From: Vicinamibacteria bacterium
GTDB taxonomy: Bacteria; Acidobacteriota; Vicinamibacteria; Fen-336
Assembly (NCBI GenBank): GCA_035577965.1
Contig: DATJYX010000131.1
Coordinates: 14,629-78,628 of the forward strand
Length of the DNA stretch: 64,000 nt
Direction of reading: 5' to 3'
In this document: positions 20,458 through 29,420 of the stretch, piece by piece
Layout: each line of letters begins with the position of its first letter
How positions within the stretch are numbered: position 1 is the stretch's first letter
The notes under the pieces: generated by a model
What the model saw: the letters and a program-made list of their open reading frames with translations, nothing else
What the model was told of the DNA's origin: nothing
Database searches by the model: none
Translations under genes and position numbers: made by a program

Positions 20458-21702
20458 GCCAAGAAGAAGGACCGCTACATCGTCGGCCTGGACGTCGGCA
20501 CCCACAAGATCTGCGCGATCGTGGCCGAGCTCACGGACGAGGGCCGCCTCGACGTGATCGGCATCGGGCAGGCGGAGTCCAAGGGCCTGAGGAAGGGCGT
20601 CGTCATCAACCTCGAAGCCACCGTGGACGCGATCAAGCGGGTGCTCGAGGAGGCGGAGCTCATGGCCGGAGTCGAGATCGGCTCCGCCTACGTCGGGATC
20701 GCCGGCACCCACGTCAAGGGCTTCAACTCGCGGGGCGTGATCGCGGTCTCGAGCAAGAACCGGGTGATCGACCGGGAGGACGTGCGGCGGGTGATCGACG
20801 CCGCCAAGGCCGTCTCGATCCCCCTCGACCGCGAGATCCTGCACGTCCTGCCCCAGGAGTTCGTGGTCGACGACCAGGACGGGATCGGCGACCCCTCGGG
20901 CATGACCGGCACCCGCCTCGAGGTGAACGTCCACGTCATCACCTGCTCCACGACCGCCGCCCAGAACACCGTGACCTGCGTGAACCGGGCCGGCCTCGAG
21001 GTGGTCGACACCGTCCTCACCCAGATCGCGGCCGCCGAGGCCTGTCTCACCCCCGACGAGAAGGAGCTGGGGGTGGCGATCGTGGACATCGGGGGCGGGA
21101 CGACCGACCTCGCGATCTTCGAGAAGGGCTCGCTCTGGCACACCGCGGTGCTCCAGGTGGGCGGCGAGCACTTCACGAACGACGTGGCGGTGGCGCTCAG
21201 GACCCCGGTCGGGGAGGCGGAGAAGATCAAGAAGAAGCACGGCTGCGCCCTCACCTCGATGATCCCCGAGGAAGACTCGATCGAGGTGCCGAGCGTCGGC
21301 GGCCGCAAGCCCCGCGTGATGGCCCGCCAGGTCCTGGGGGACGTGCTCCAGGCGCGGGCGGAGGAGATCTGCCAGCTCGCCCTCACCGAGATCCGGCGGG
21401 CCGGCTTCGAGCGGAGCCTCAACAGCGGGGTCGTCCTCACCGGCGGCGGTGCGATCCTCGAGGGGCTGCCCGAGATCGCGGAGCAGATCTTCGACATGCC
21501 GGTGCGGCGGGGGACCCCGGCCGGCATCGGCGGGCTCGTCGACGTGGTGGCGAGCCCCGTCTACGCGACGGCGGTGGGCCTCGTGCAGTGCGGCTACCGC
21601 AACCGGGCCGGGCGCTCGCTCGGCACTTCGCGGCAGCTGGCGACGGGGACCTTCGGCAAGGTCACCGGGCGCCTCATGGGCTGGCTGTCCGACTTCTTCT
21701 GA
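20458..21702 (+). CDS. ftsA: cell division protein FtsA
   Basis: Actin-fold FtsA (IVGLDVGTHKICAIVAEL...). Proposed non-ATG (CTG) start preceded by GGAGGGAG; the first ATG is internal at 20521. Confidence 0.85.
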   Translation, partial: AKKKDRYIVGLDVGTHKICAIVAELTDEGRLDVIGIGQAESKGLRKGVVINLEATVDAIKRVLEEAELMAGVEIGSAYVGIAGTHVKGFNSRGVIAVSSKNRVIDREDVRRVIDAAKAVSIPLDREILHVLPQEFVVDDQDGIGDPSGMTGTRLEVNVHVITCSTTAAQNTVTCVNRAGLEVVDTVLTQIAAAEACLTPDEKELGVAIVDIGGGTTDLAIFEKGSLWHTAVLQVGGEHFTNDVAVALRTPVGEAEKIKKKHGCALTSMIPEEDSIEVPSVGGRKPRVMARQVLGDVLQARAEEICQLALTEIRRAGFERSLNSGVVLTGGGAILEGLPEIAEQIFDMPVRRGTPAGIGGLVDVVASPVYATAVGLVQCGYRNRAGRSLGTSRQLATGTFGKVTGRLMGWLSDFF

Positions 21703-21712
21703 GGAGGGGGAC

Positions 21713-21916
21713 ATGGACGAGAAGCGCGAAGGCCCGGCCCTTCCACCGCTGCCCGTCGCCTTTCCGAGCGTCTCGCGAGCCCGGCGGGGGCCCTTCCTCC
21801 CGGGCGACGCGGGGGAGCTGCCCTGCGAGGTGTGCGGGGCCGCGGTGGTCGCCTACCAGTGCAAGCGCATCTGCCTCCACTGCGGTTTCATGACCGGCTG
21901 TTCCGAGGGGATCTGA
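21713..21916 (+). CDS. small Cys-rich zinc-ribbon-like protein (67 aa) between ftsA and ftsZ
   Basis: GGAGGGGGAC-ATG Shine-Dalgarno sequence right after ftsA stop. GC-rich third codon positions. Motifs CEVC...[14 protein letters not shown]. Stop is followed 2 nt later by the ftsZ ATG. Confidence 0.5.
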   Translation: MDEKREGPALPPLPVAFPSVSRARRGPFLPGDAGELPCEVCGAAVVAYQCKRICLHCGFMTGCSEGI

Positions 21917-21918
21917 GG

Positions 21919-23124
21919 ATGAGCAAAGAGATCGACCGTCCGGGCCGCATCCAGTTCGCCGAGGAGGAGATCCACGGCGCCCGCATCAAGGTGGTGGGCG
22001 TGGGTGGGGGCGGGGGCAACGCGGTCTCGCGCATGATCGCCTCGGGCCTGCAGGGAGTCGAGTTCATCGCGGTCAACACCGACCTCCAGGCCCTGCGGGC
22101 GAACCGCGCCCCGGTCAAGATCCAGATCGGAGGCAAGCTCACCAAGGGCCTCGGGGCGGGGGCGAACCCCGACGTCGGGCGTCAGGCCGCGGTCGAGGAC
22201 ACGGAGAAGATCTGCGACGCCCTCGAGGGCTCGGACATGGTGTTCATCACCGCCGGCCTCGGGGGCGGCACCGGCACCGGGGCGGCCCCCGTGGTGGCCT
22301 CGATCGCCAGCCAGCTCGGGGGCGACACCGGGGCCGTCCTCTCGGTGGCCGTCGTCACGCTCCCCTTCTCCCTCGAGGGCAAGCGGCGCATGGGCCAGGC
22401 CCTCGACGGCCTCGGCCAGCTCCGCGACTGCGTCGACTCCGTCATCGCCATCCCGAACGACCGCCTCCTCAACTCGGTGGCCCGCAACACGCCGGTGACC
22501 GAGGCCTTCCGCGTGGCCGACGACGTGCTCCGCCAGGCCGTGCAGGGGATCTCCGACATCATCACCGTGCCCGGCCAGATCAACCTCGACTTCGCCGACG
22601 TGCGTGCGGTCATGAAGGGGATGGGCCAGGCGGTGATGGGGACCGGGCTCGGCCAGGGGGAGAACCGCGCGGTCGAGGCGGCCCAGCGGGCGATCTCGAA
22701 CCCGCTCCTCGAGGACTCCTCGATCGAGGGCGCGAAGGGCGTCATCGTGAACATCACCGGCGGCGGCGACCTCTCGCTCTCCGAGGCCTCGGAGGCGACC
22801 GCGCTCATCACCAAGGTCGCCGACCCCGACGCCAACGTGATCTACGGCATCGTGACCGACGAGGCCATGGGCAACGCGGTCAAGGTCACGGTCATCGCGA
22901 CCGGCTTCCACCGCGGGCCGCGGAAGGCCGCCCCGACGCCGGTCGACCTCGCCAACTACATGAACACCCCTCCCGCCCAGCAGCCGGCTCCGGGCGCGGC
23001 CGCGGCGGGCGGCGACTTCTACCGCAAGACGCCGAACGCGAAGGCGGCCGCCGGGGGCAGCCGGTTCGACCTCGACATCCCGGCCTTCCTCAGGAGGAAG
23101 GGAGGCGACACGGGCGGGGAGTAG
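21919..23124 (+). CDS. ftsZ: cell division protein FtsZ
   Basis: [17 protein letters not shown] tubulin signature, [17 protein letters not shown]. Confidence 0.95.
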   Translation: MSKEIDRPGRIQFAEEEIHGARIKVVGVGGGGGNAVSRMIASGLQGVEFIAVNTDLQALRANRAPVKIQIGGKLTKGLGAGANPDVGRQAAVEDTEKICDALEGSDMVFITAGLGGGTGTGAAPVVASIASQLGGDTGAVLSVAVVTLPFSLEGKRRMGQALDGLGQLRDCVDSVIAIPNDRLLNSVARNTPVTEAFRVADDVLRQAVQGISDIITVPGQINLDFADVRAVMKGMGQAVMGTGLGQGENRAVEAAQRAISNPLLEDSSIEGAKGVIVNITGGGDLSLSEASEATALITKVADPDANVIYGIVTDEAMGNAVKVTVIATGFHRGPRKAAPTPVDLANYMNTPPAQQPAPGAAAAGGDFYRKTPNAKAAAGGSRFDLDIPAFLRRKGGDTGGE

Positions 23125-23131
23125 CGGAGCC

Positions 23132-23908
23132 CTACAGCCGGGGCGTGCCCGCACGCACGGAGACGGCCATCGAGAGAGGGTGGTAGCCCCGCTGCCAGCC
23201 GGTCGCCGTCCCGGCAAGCTCCTGGACGAGCTCGAGACGGCTCTCGGCGCCCACGGCATACGTGCGCAGGAGCTGTCGCACCGACGCGGGAAGCTCGACG
23301 AGGTCGAGGAGTGCGACGTCGGTGCCTGTCCCGAGCGACAAGAGCTGGATCTTGCCCCTGACCGCGTAGGCGGGGGCCGAGCCGAAGACGTAGCTCGCGA
23401 AGGCCAGGAGCGCCGGAGAGGTCGCTTCGCCGGGGGCGAACCCGGTCCCGAGCAGACCGATGTCGCCGAGGCCCGCTCCGGGCGCGAGGCGGGCGCCCTG
23501 CCAGGAGCACACCACCGGCTGCCCGGCAGCGTCCGCGCGGGCGAAAACGACACCCCGGAGCGCGAACAGGGGGACGACATCGCCGACCTGGGTCCCGCCG
23601 CCACCGCACAGGTCGCTCCGTCCCATCTGGTCGAGCTGCCCGTCGGCCCCGACTACGTGCGCGGTCAGGCCCTCGAAGTCCGTCGAGTCGACCCAGGCCG
23701 GTGGCGCGGCCTTGTAGAAGACGTCGTTTCCGGGGTCGAGCGTGACGGCCGCGGGATCGTCCATGAGAAAGGGCCGAACGTAGGCCGCCGCGAGCTGCCC
23801 CCCTTCCGTCACCGCGTGGGTCACGTAGTCGGGGACGCTGTGCCCATCGATCCACATCTCCGTCCAGATGCCGAACACGCGGCCAGGGCTCGCCGCGAGC
23901 CAGGTCAA
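23132..23908 (-). CDS. hypothetical protein
   Basis: 258-aa ORF convergent with ftsZ, coding-like codon usage, no recognised family. Confidence 0.4.
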   Translation of the reverse strand: MTWLAASPGRVFGIWTEMWIDGHSVPDYVTHAVTEGGQLAAAYVRPFLMDDPAAVTLDPGNDVFYKAAPPAWVDSTDFEGLTAHVVGADGQLDQMGRSDLCGGGGTQVGDVVPLFALRGVVFARADAAGQPVVCSWQGARLAPGAGLGDIGLLGTGFAPGEATSPALLAFASYVFGSAPAYAVRGKIQLLSLGTGTDVALLDLVELPASVRQLLRTYAVGAESRLELVQELAGTATGWQRGYHPLSMAVSVRAGTPRL

Positions 23909-24123
23909 GCCGGTGGCGGTCGACGGTCAGCTGGCCGCCTCGTGGTGGCTCCTGGATTCGGAGACGGGCGCGAGAGAGCCGTCCTCTCCCGTCGCGTAGG
24001 CGACGATCGACGGGTCGTCGGTGCCGGTGCGGCTCCGCCGCGCCATTTCCGGCCGTCCGCGATCGCCGGGCAAGACCTCGCCGCGGGAATCTGTACCAAT
24101 CGGTATAAGATGGACGATCGGCC

Positions 24124-25935
24124 ATGTCCCGACGGCTCCTGGAGAGGCACCGTTCCCTGCGCGAGGCCGAGGTGTGGCTCGAGGACGTGCCCCGCTCGGG
24201 CTCTTTCCGGGTGGCGCTCGTCTGGCCGAACCTCTACTTCGTCGGGATGTCGAACCTCGGCTTCCAGGCCGTCTACCGCCTGCTCAACCGGCTGCCTGAC
24301 GTCGTCTGCGAGCGGGCCTTCCTGCCCGACGACGCCGACAAGGCCGAGCTCGAGCGCACCGGCAGCCCCCTCGTGAGCTTCGAGACGGGGACGCCGCTCA
24401 AGGACTTCGACGCCGTCGCCTTCTCGGTCTCGTTCGAGAACGACTACCGGCACGTGCTCGAGGTGCTGCGGCTGGCCGGGATCCCGCTACGGGCGAAGAA
24501 CCGCGGGCCGCGAGACCCCCTCGTCGTCCTCGGCGGGGCCGCGACGTTCCTGAACCCGGAGCCGCTCGCGCCGTTCGCCGACCTCGTCGCGGTGGGCGAG
24601 GGCGAGCCGATGGTCTCGCCGATGATGGAGGCGCTCCTCGGCGCGGAGAGCCCGCGGAAGGGCCTGGAGAGGCTCCAGCCGAAGGACGGCTTCTACGTCC
24701 CCTCCCGCTACGAGGTCCGGTACAACGGAGACGGCAGGGTCGCCGCCTACGACGGACCGGGCCCGGTCCGGCGGCAGCGCGGCTGGCCGGGGTCCATGGG
24801 ATTCCCGCAGTCCGTGATCCTCACCCCGCACACCGAGATGTCGATGAAGTACATGGTCGAGATCTCGCGAGGCTGCCCCTGCATGTGCCGCTTCTGCTGG
24901 GCGGGCTACAACTACCTGCCGGTACGCGGCTTCACGCGGAGCGAGCTCACGGCCCGCGCGCGCGGGGTGCGCCCCGCCACGGACAAGATCGGGCTCGTCT
25001 CGACCGCGGTCTGCGACCACCCCGAGATCGACGGCATCGTGGACGATCTCGCCGCCCTCGACTACGAGGTCTCGGTCGCCTCCCTGCGCCTCGACGACCT
25101 GACCCCGCCGTTCGTGCTCAAGCTCGCCGAGACGGGCGTCCAGGGGCTGACTCTCGCCCCCGAGTGCGGCTCGGACCGCCTGCGGAAGATCCTCAACAAG
25201 CGGTTCACGAACGCCGAGATCCTCGACAAGGCCACCTGGATCTTCGAGAACGGGATCCTGAACCTGAAGCTCTACTACATGGTCGGGCTGCCGTTCGAGA
25301 CCAAGGAAGACGTGGAGGCGATCGTCGCCCTCACCGAGGGGATCCGCGAGCGGATGCTCGCGGTCGCTCGCGGTCGCGGCCGTATCGGGCGCATCCACCC
25401 GTCCGTGAACCCCTTCGTGCCGAAGCCGGGCACGCCCTACCAGTGGCTGCCCATGGAGGACCCGAAGGAGACCGACCGCAAGCTCCAGTTCCTCCGCCGG
25501 GCCTTCGCCCGGATGCCGAACGTGGACGCCGTCATCAAGAGCGCCCGGACGGGAGCGGTGCAGTCGGTCCTCGCCCTCGGCGACCGGCGCGTGGCCGACG
25601 CCCTCGAGGCCGCGGTGACGCAGGGGCTCGACCTGCGGCGCGCGCTCCGCGAGACCGGGCTCGATCCCTCCTTCTACCTCTTCCGAGGACGCGCGCGGGA
25701 CGAGGTCCTGCCCTGGGACCTCGTCGACAACGGCGTCAGCAAGGACTACTTCTGGAAGGAGCTCGAGAAGAGCCGCCAAGAGCGCCTCTCGCCGCACTGC
25801 CCCGAGGTCCAGGGCTGCATCCGCTGCGGTGTCTGCGTCGAGACGCCGAACCCCTCCTACCGGCTGCCGGAGAAGTGGAAGGGCCGCGAAAAGCTACCCT
25901 TCTACGAGCGTACCCGGGCGACTCCGTCCGCCTGA
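24124..25935 (+). CDS. B12-binding-domain radical SAM protein (TIGR03960-like)
   Basis: N-terminal VALVWPNLYFVGMSNLGFQAVYRLL module, then ISRGCPCMCRFCWAGYNY carrying CxxxCxxC. Confidence 0.75.
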   Translation: MSRRLLERHRSLREAEVWLEDVPRSGSFRVALVWPNLYFVGMSNLGFQAVYRLLNRLPDVVCERAFLPDDADKAELERTGSPLVSFETGTPLKDFDAVAFSVSFENDYRHVLEVLRLAGIPLRAKNRGPRDPLVVLGGAATFLNPEPLAPFADLVAVGEGEPMVSPMMEALLGAESPRKGLERLQPKDGFYVPSRYEVRYNGDGRVAAYDGPGPVRRQRGWPGSMGFPQSVILTPHTEMSMKYMVEISRGCPCMCRFCWAGYNYLPVRGFTRSELTARARGVRPATDKIGLVSTAVCDHPEIDGIVDDLAALDYEVSVASLRLDDLTPPFVLKLAETGVQGLTLAPECGSDRLRKILNKRFTNAEILDKATWIFENGILNLKLYYMVGLPFETKEDVEAIVALTEGIRERMLAVARGRGRIGRIHPSVNPFVPKPGTPYQWLPMEDPKETDRKLQFLRRAFARMPNVDAVIKSARTGAVQSVLALGDRRVADALEAAVTQGLDLRRALRETGLDPSFYLFRGRARDEVLPWDLVDNGVSKDYFWKELEKSRQERLSPHCPEVQGCIRCGVCVETPNPSYRLPEKWKGREKLPFYERTRATPSA

Positions 25936-25939
25936 CCGA

Positions 25940-26938
25940 TCACTCCGGCCGGTTACGCCAGTAGCGCTCGTAGGCCGCCCACTCGGCCTCGTCCGTCGTC
26001 CACTCGGCGTAGAGGGCGACGCCTTCGAAGGTGCCGCCGGCACCGAGGCCGCGCAGGCCGGCCACCACCCCGGCGAGGGCGTTCTCCGGCGTCTCCACCC
26101 CGCGGCGGTGCATGAAGGTGTAAGGCTCGTAGGTCGGGACGCCCATGAGCACCCGGGCCTCGGACGGGGAGGCGTCGAGGGCCCCCGCCACCGAGCGGGC
26201 GGCCCAGCGGACGTAGCGGCGGTAGAGGGACGGGGTCGGCAGCGCGGTGTCGTAGGCCATGATCACGAGCTGGTCCACCGTCGCCGCGAGGCGCGTGTAG
26301 TACTCCGGGCTCCAGGCGAAGTTCGGCGCCCGGGGCACGCCCCATGGCGCGGGGCGCGTCGCCGCGATCGAGAGGACGCGGCCCCGTCCGACCGCCGTCC
26401 TCAGGGCGCGGAGGAGGGCCAGGAACTCGTCGTTGCCGTCGTCCACCGGCTCGACGTTGACGTGGACGCCGTCGAACCCCTCGTCGACGAGCCCCCGCGC
26501 CTCGGCCACGATGCGCTGCCGCTGCGCGAGGTCCCCGAGCTCGATCGTGCCCGGCCGCTGCCGCTTGTAGCCCCGGCGCAGGCCGCCGACCCAGGGCAGC
26601 ACCCGCAGGCCGGGCGCGACGCGGCGGGCCGCGGCGAGGAAGGCCCGCATCTGGTCCCGGTCGTGGGGCGGCAGGCGCCCGGCGTCGTCGAACGGGATGA
26701 CGTGGGGGAAGGTGTAGGCGATGCCGTGGGCGCGGAGACGGGCGAAGAGGGCCTCCATCTCGGCGTCCGGGTGGCGCTTCTCGAGCCAGCGGTGCTCCAG
26801 CCAGACGGCGTTGCGGTCGTGGTTGAACGGGTGGGGCGCGGTGTCGCCGATCGGCGCGAAGGCCAGATAGACGAGGCCGGCCCCGCCGGCGAGGGAGCCC
26901 AGTCCGGCGAGCCGCGCGAGGAGGGAGACCCTGCTCAC
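25940..26938 (-). CDS. hypothetical exported protein, possible TIM-barrel glycosyl-hydrolase-like fold
   Basis: Signal-peptide-like N-terminus (LLARLAGLGSLAGGAG). GFDGVHVNVEPVDD motif is reminiscent of GH18-like / DUF4015 proteins. Weak. Confidence 0.4.
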   Translation of the reverse strand: MSRVSLLARLAGLGSLAGGAGLVYLAFAPIGDTAPHPFNHDRNAVWLEHRWLEKRHPDAEMEALFARLRAHGIAYTFPHVIPFDDAGRLPPHDRDQMRAFLAAARRVAPGLRVLPWVGGLRRGYKRQRPGTIELGDLAQRQRIVAEARGLVDEGFDGVHVNVEPVDDGNDEFLALLRALRTAVGRGRVLSIAATRPAPWGVPRAPNFAWSPEYYTRLAATVDQLVIMAYDTALPTPSLYRRYVRWAARSVAGALDASPSEARVLMGVPTYEPYTFMHRRGVETPENALAGVVAGLRGLGAGGTFEGVALYAEWTTDEAEWAAYERYWRNRPE

Positions 26939-27318
26939 CGCCCTTGCCGGACGAGCAGCACGAGAGCGGCGGCATGGGCCCGCTCGTGGGTCAGGCTGAC
27001 GAGCACCCGTGTGGCGCCGACCGCCCGCATCCGCTCGAGGCCGGCGGAGGACAGGCGGAGGCGTGGAGGGCCGTAATCGCCGCGCTCCACCTCGACGTCG
27101 GCCTCGGTCACGTCGCCGCCCAAGACCTCCCGCGCCGCGCGCTTTGCGGCGAGCCGGGCGGCCAGTCGGCGGCCCGGATCCACGCGCCCCCGCGCGTAGC
27201 GCAGTTCGCCCTCGCTGAACACGCCTCCCCCGCCCTCGTCGAGGAGGCGCTCGGCTTCCGCGATCTCGACGACCTCGACGCGGCTCGCCAGGACGCCGTC
27301 CTCCTCCGCCCGCTCCAC
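26935..27318 (-). CDS. acpS: holo-[acyl-carrier-protein] synthase
   Basis: 127 aa; VEVVEIAEAERLL, ...AAKRAAREVLGG, LVSLTHERAHAAALVLL. Confidence 0.75.
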   Translation of the reverse strand: MERAEEDGVLASRVEVVEIAEAERLLDEGGGGVFSEGELRYARGRVDPGRRLAARLAAKRAAREVLGGDVTEADVEVERGDYGPPRLRLSSAGLERMRAVGATRVLVSLTHERAHAAALVLLVRQGR

Positions 27319-27350
27319 GACCGCAGTTTACCCCCTGCTACGATCACCGC

Positions 27351-28052
27351 ATGGAGCTATGCACCGCCACGGTCCCCGCGCTCGCCGCCGTCGCGGGCCT
27401 CGTCCACGGCTTCGAGCGGCGCGCCCCCGGCGACGGAGCGGAGTCCCGCGACGCCGCAGTGGCCCGCGTGGCCGGCGCGCTCGAGCGGAGCGGCCGGCTC
27501 CTCGTCCTGAAGCAGGTGCACGGGGCGAGGGTGGTCGAGGCGCCCTGGGCCGTGGCGCCGGAGGCGGACGCCGCGGTCGCGGCGGAGCCGGGATGGCTCC
27601 TCGGCATCCAGACCGCCGACTGCCTGCCCGTCCTCCTCGTGGACCCGGAGCGGCGGCTCGTGGCCGCCGCGCACGCGGGATGGCGGGGGACGGCGGCCGG
27701 CGTCGCGGCGCGCGCGGTCGAGGCACTCGTCGCGCGGGGCTCGAGCGCGGTGGACCTCCTGGCGGGGGTCGGCCCCGGCATCGGCCCGTGCTGCTACGAG
27801 GTGGGCGACGAGGTGCGTGAGGCTTTCGGGGCGTCGGGTGCACCGGACTTCCGACCCGGGCCGAACGGCCGATCCCGTCTCGACCTGCGTGCGGCGAACG
27901 TGCGGCAGCTCCTCGCCGCCGGCCTTCGTCCGGAGTCCGTCCAGCACGTCGACGAGTGCACCCGCTGCCGCGCCGACCGCTACCACTCGTATCGGCGGGA
28001 CGGGAAGGGCGCCGGGCGCATGATCAGCTTCGTGGGCTTCGCGCGAGCTTAG
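27351..28052 (+). CDS. pgeF: peptidoglycan editing factor PgeF / YfiH (laccase-domain, purine nucleoside phosphorylase family)
   Basis: ADCLPVLLVD, HAGWRGTAAGV, GPCCYEVGDEV, CTRC...YHSYRRDG. Confidence 0.8.
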   Translation: MELCTATVPALAAVAGLVHGFERRAPGDGAESRDAAVARVAGALERSGRLLVLKQVHGARVVEAPWAVAPEADAAVAAEPGWLLGIQTADCLPVLLVDPERRLVAAAHAGWRGTAAGVAARAVEALVARGSSAVDLLAGVGPGIGPCCYEVGDEVREAFGASGAPDFRPGPNGRSRLDLRAANVRQLLAAGLRPESVQHVDECTRCRADRYHSYRRDGKGAGRMISFVGFARA

Positions 28053-28132
28053 GCCGCGGGGCCGTGTCACGGCCCCGCCCGCGCGCGTCGGCGGGTCGGG
28101 CGATCGACACGAGCGCCGCGCGGCGCTCGGTC

Positions 28133-28552
28133 CTAGCCGAGGTTCGACGCGCGCTCGTCGACCGCCCGGTTCGCGAGGGCGTCGGCCTCGCGGTTCCGCT
28201 CGCGGGGGACGTGGGCGATCCGAGCGCGCTCGAATCGGGCGAGGAGGCCCTGCGCCTCGCGGTGCAGCGGCTGGAGGCCCGGGCTCTTGACCCGGTAGCG
28301 CCCCTCGATCTGCCGGACGAGCAGCTCCGAGTCCGAGTAGACCTCGACCCTCGCCGCCCCGCGGGCGAGCGCGAAGCGCAGGCCGTGGAGGAGGGCCTGG
28401 TACTCGGCGACGTTGTTTGTGGCCTGGCCGAGGTAGCCGTAGAGCGCGGCCACCTCGCCGCCGTCGGCGTCGGTCACGTGGACGCCGAAGCCCGCCTCGC
28501 CCGGATTCCCCCGGCTCGCGCCGTCGACGTGGAGGCGGAGGGCGCCCGTCAC
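28133..28552 (-). CDS. rnhA: ribonuclease HI
   Basis: HVDGASRGNPGEAGFGV...TNNVAEYQALLHGLRFA. Start placed at the GTG that overlaps the upstream stop (GTGA); the longer track ORF overlaps the upstream gene. Confidence 0.8.
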   Translation of the reverse strand: MTGALRLHVDGASRGNPGEAGFGVHVTDADGGEVAALYGYLGQATNNVAEYQALLHGLRFALARGAARVEVYSDSELLVRQIEGRYRVKSPGLQPLHREAQGLLARFERARIAHVPRERNREADALANRAVDERASNLG

Positions 28553-29277
28553 GGCTCGACGACGACGATCGGCGGCGGCGGATCGTAGAAGAGGAGGCGG
28601 CTGCAGGACTCGCACTGGAAGAGCTGGTGGTTCTTCTTCACCTCGACCCAGATCTGCAGCCGCATCCGCACGTGACAGGCCTGGCACATGCCTTCGCGCG
28701 CCTCCGCAACCCCGGTGCCGCGCTGCTTCGCGACGCGCGCGTAGAGGCCCAGGGCGTCTTCGGGCACGGAGGCGGCCACCGCATCCCGGTCCCTCCGCAG
28801 GCGCTCGGCCTCCTCCTCGAGCTGCGCCACGCGCCCGTCGAGCGCCTTCCCTTCCCTCTTCGCCTCCGTCTCGACCGCCTTGAAGTCCGCCTCCTCGCGC
28901 TTCACGGCGAGGGCGAGGGTCTCCGCCCTCTCCATCTCCTCCAGGATCACGTCCTCGCGGCCCTTGATGTCCCGCTCCACGCCCTCGATCTCGTGGAGGA
29001 CCGCGGTGTACTCCTTGTTGGTCTTCACCTCCATCAGCTGGCCCTTGTACTTCGACCGCTTCCCTTCGAGGTCCTGGACCGCGGCCTCGTTCAGCTTGCG
29101 CGCCTTCAGCGATGCCTCGAGCGCCGCCTTCGCGGCGTCGAGCCGGGCGCGATCGCCCGCGAGCCGGTCCTCGATCTCCTTCCGGAGGCGGGGCACCTCG
29201 GCGAGCTCCGTCTCCGTCCGCTTGAGGTCGGCTTCGACGCGGTGCAGGCGGACGAGCTTCTCGAGGTCAGCGTTCAT
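28549..29277 (-). CDS. C4-type zinc-ribbon domain protein (DUF164/COG1579 coiled-coil protein)
   Basis: Long coiled coil plus C-terminal CQACHVRMRL...FQCESCSRLL. Confidence 0.75.
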   Translation of the reverse strand: MNADLEKLVRLHRVEADLKRTETELAEVPRLRKEIEDRLAGDRARLDAAKAALEASLKARKLNEAAVQDLEGKRSKYKGQLMEVKTNKEYTAVLHEIEGVERDIKGREDVILEEMERAETLALAVKREEADFKAVETEAKREGKALDGRVAQLEEEAERLRRDRDAVAASVPEDALGLYARVAKQRGTGVAEAREGMCQACHVRMRLQIWVEVKKNHQLFQCESCSRLLFYDPPPPIVVVEP

Positions 29278-29346
29278 GGGCGGGGGAAGGACGACCGGAG
29301 CACGTGGAGACCGATTCTAACACCGGCGGCGACGACGCCTGGGAAG

Positions 29347-29420
29347 TGGGCCTGGAAGGACTCGAACCTTCGACTCGCCGGTTATGAGCCGGCCGTTCTG
29401 ACCAGCTGAACTACAGGCCC
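29347..29420 (-). tRNA. tRNA-Met (anticodon CAT), elongator-type with G1-C72 pair
   Basis: Reverse complement GGGCCTGTAGTTCAGCTGGTCAGAACGGCCGGCTCATAACCGGCGAGTCGAAGGTTCGAGTCCTTCCAGGCCCA folds as cloverleaf with GTTCGAGTC T-arm. CCA is not encoded. Confidence 0.8.
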
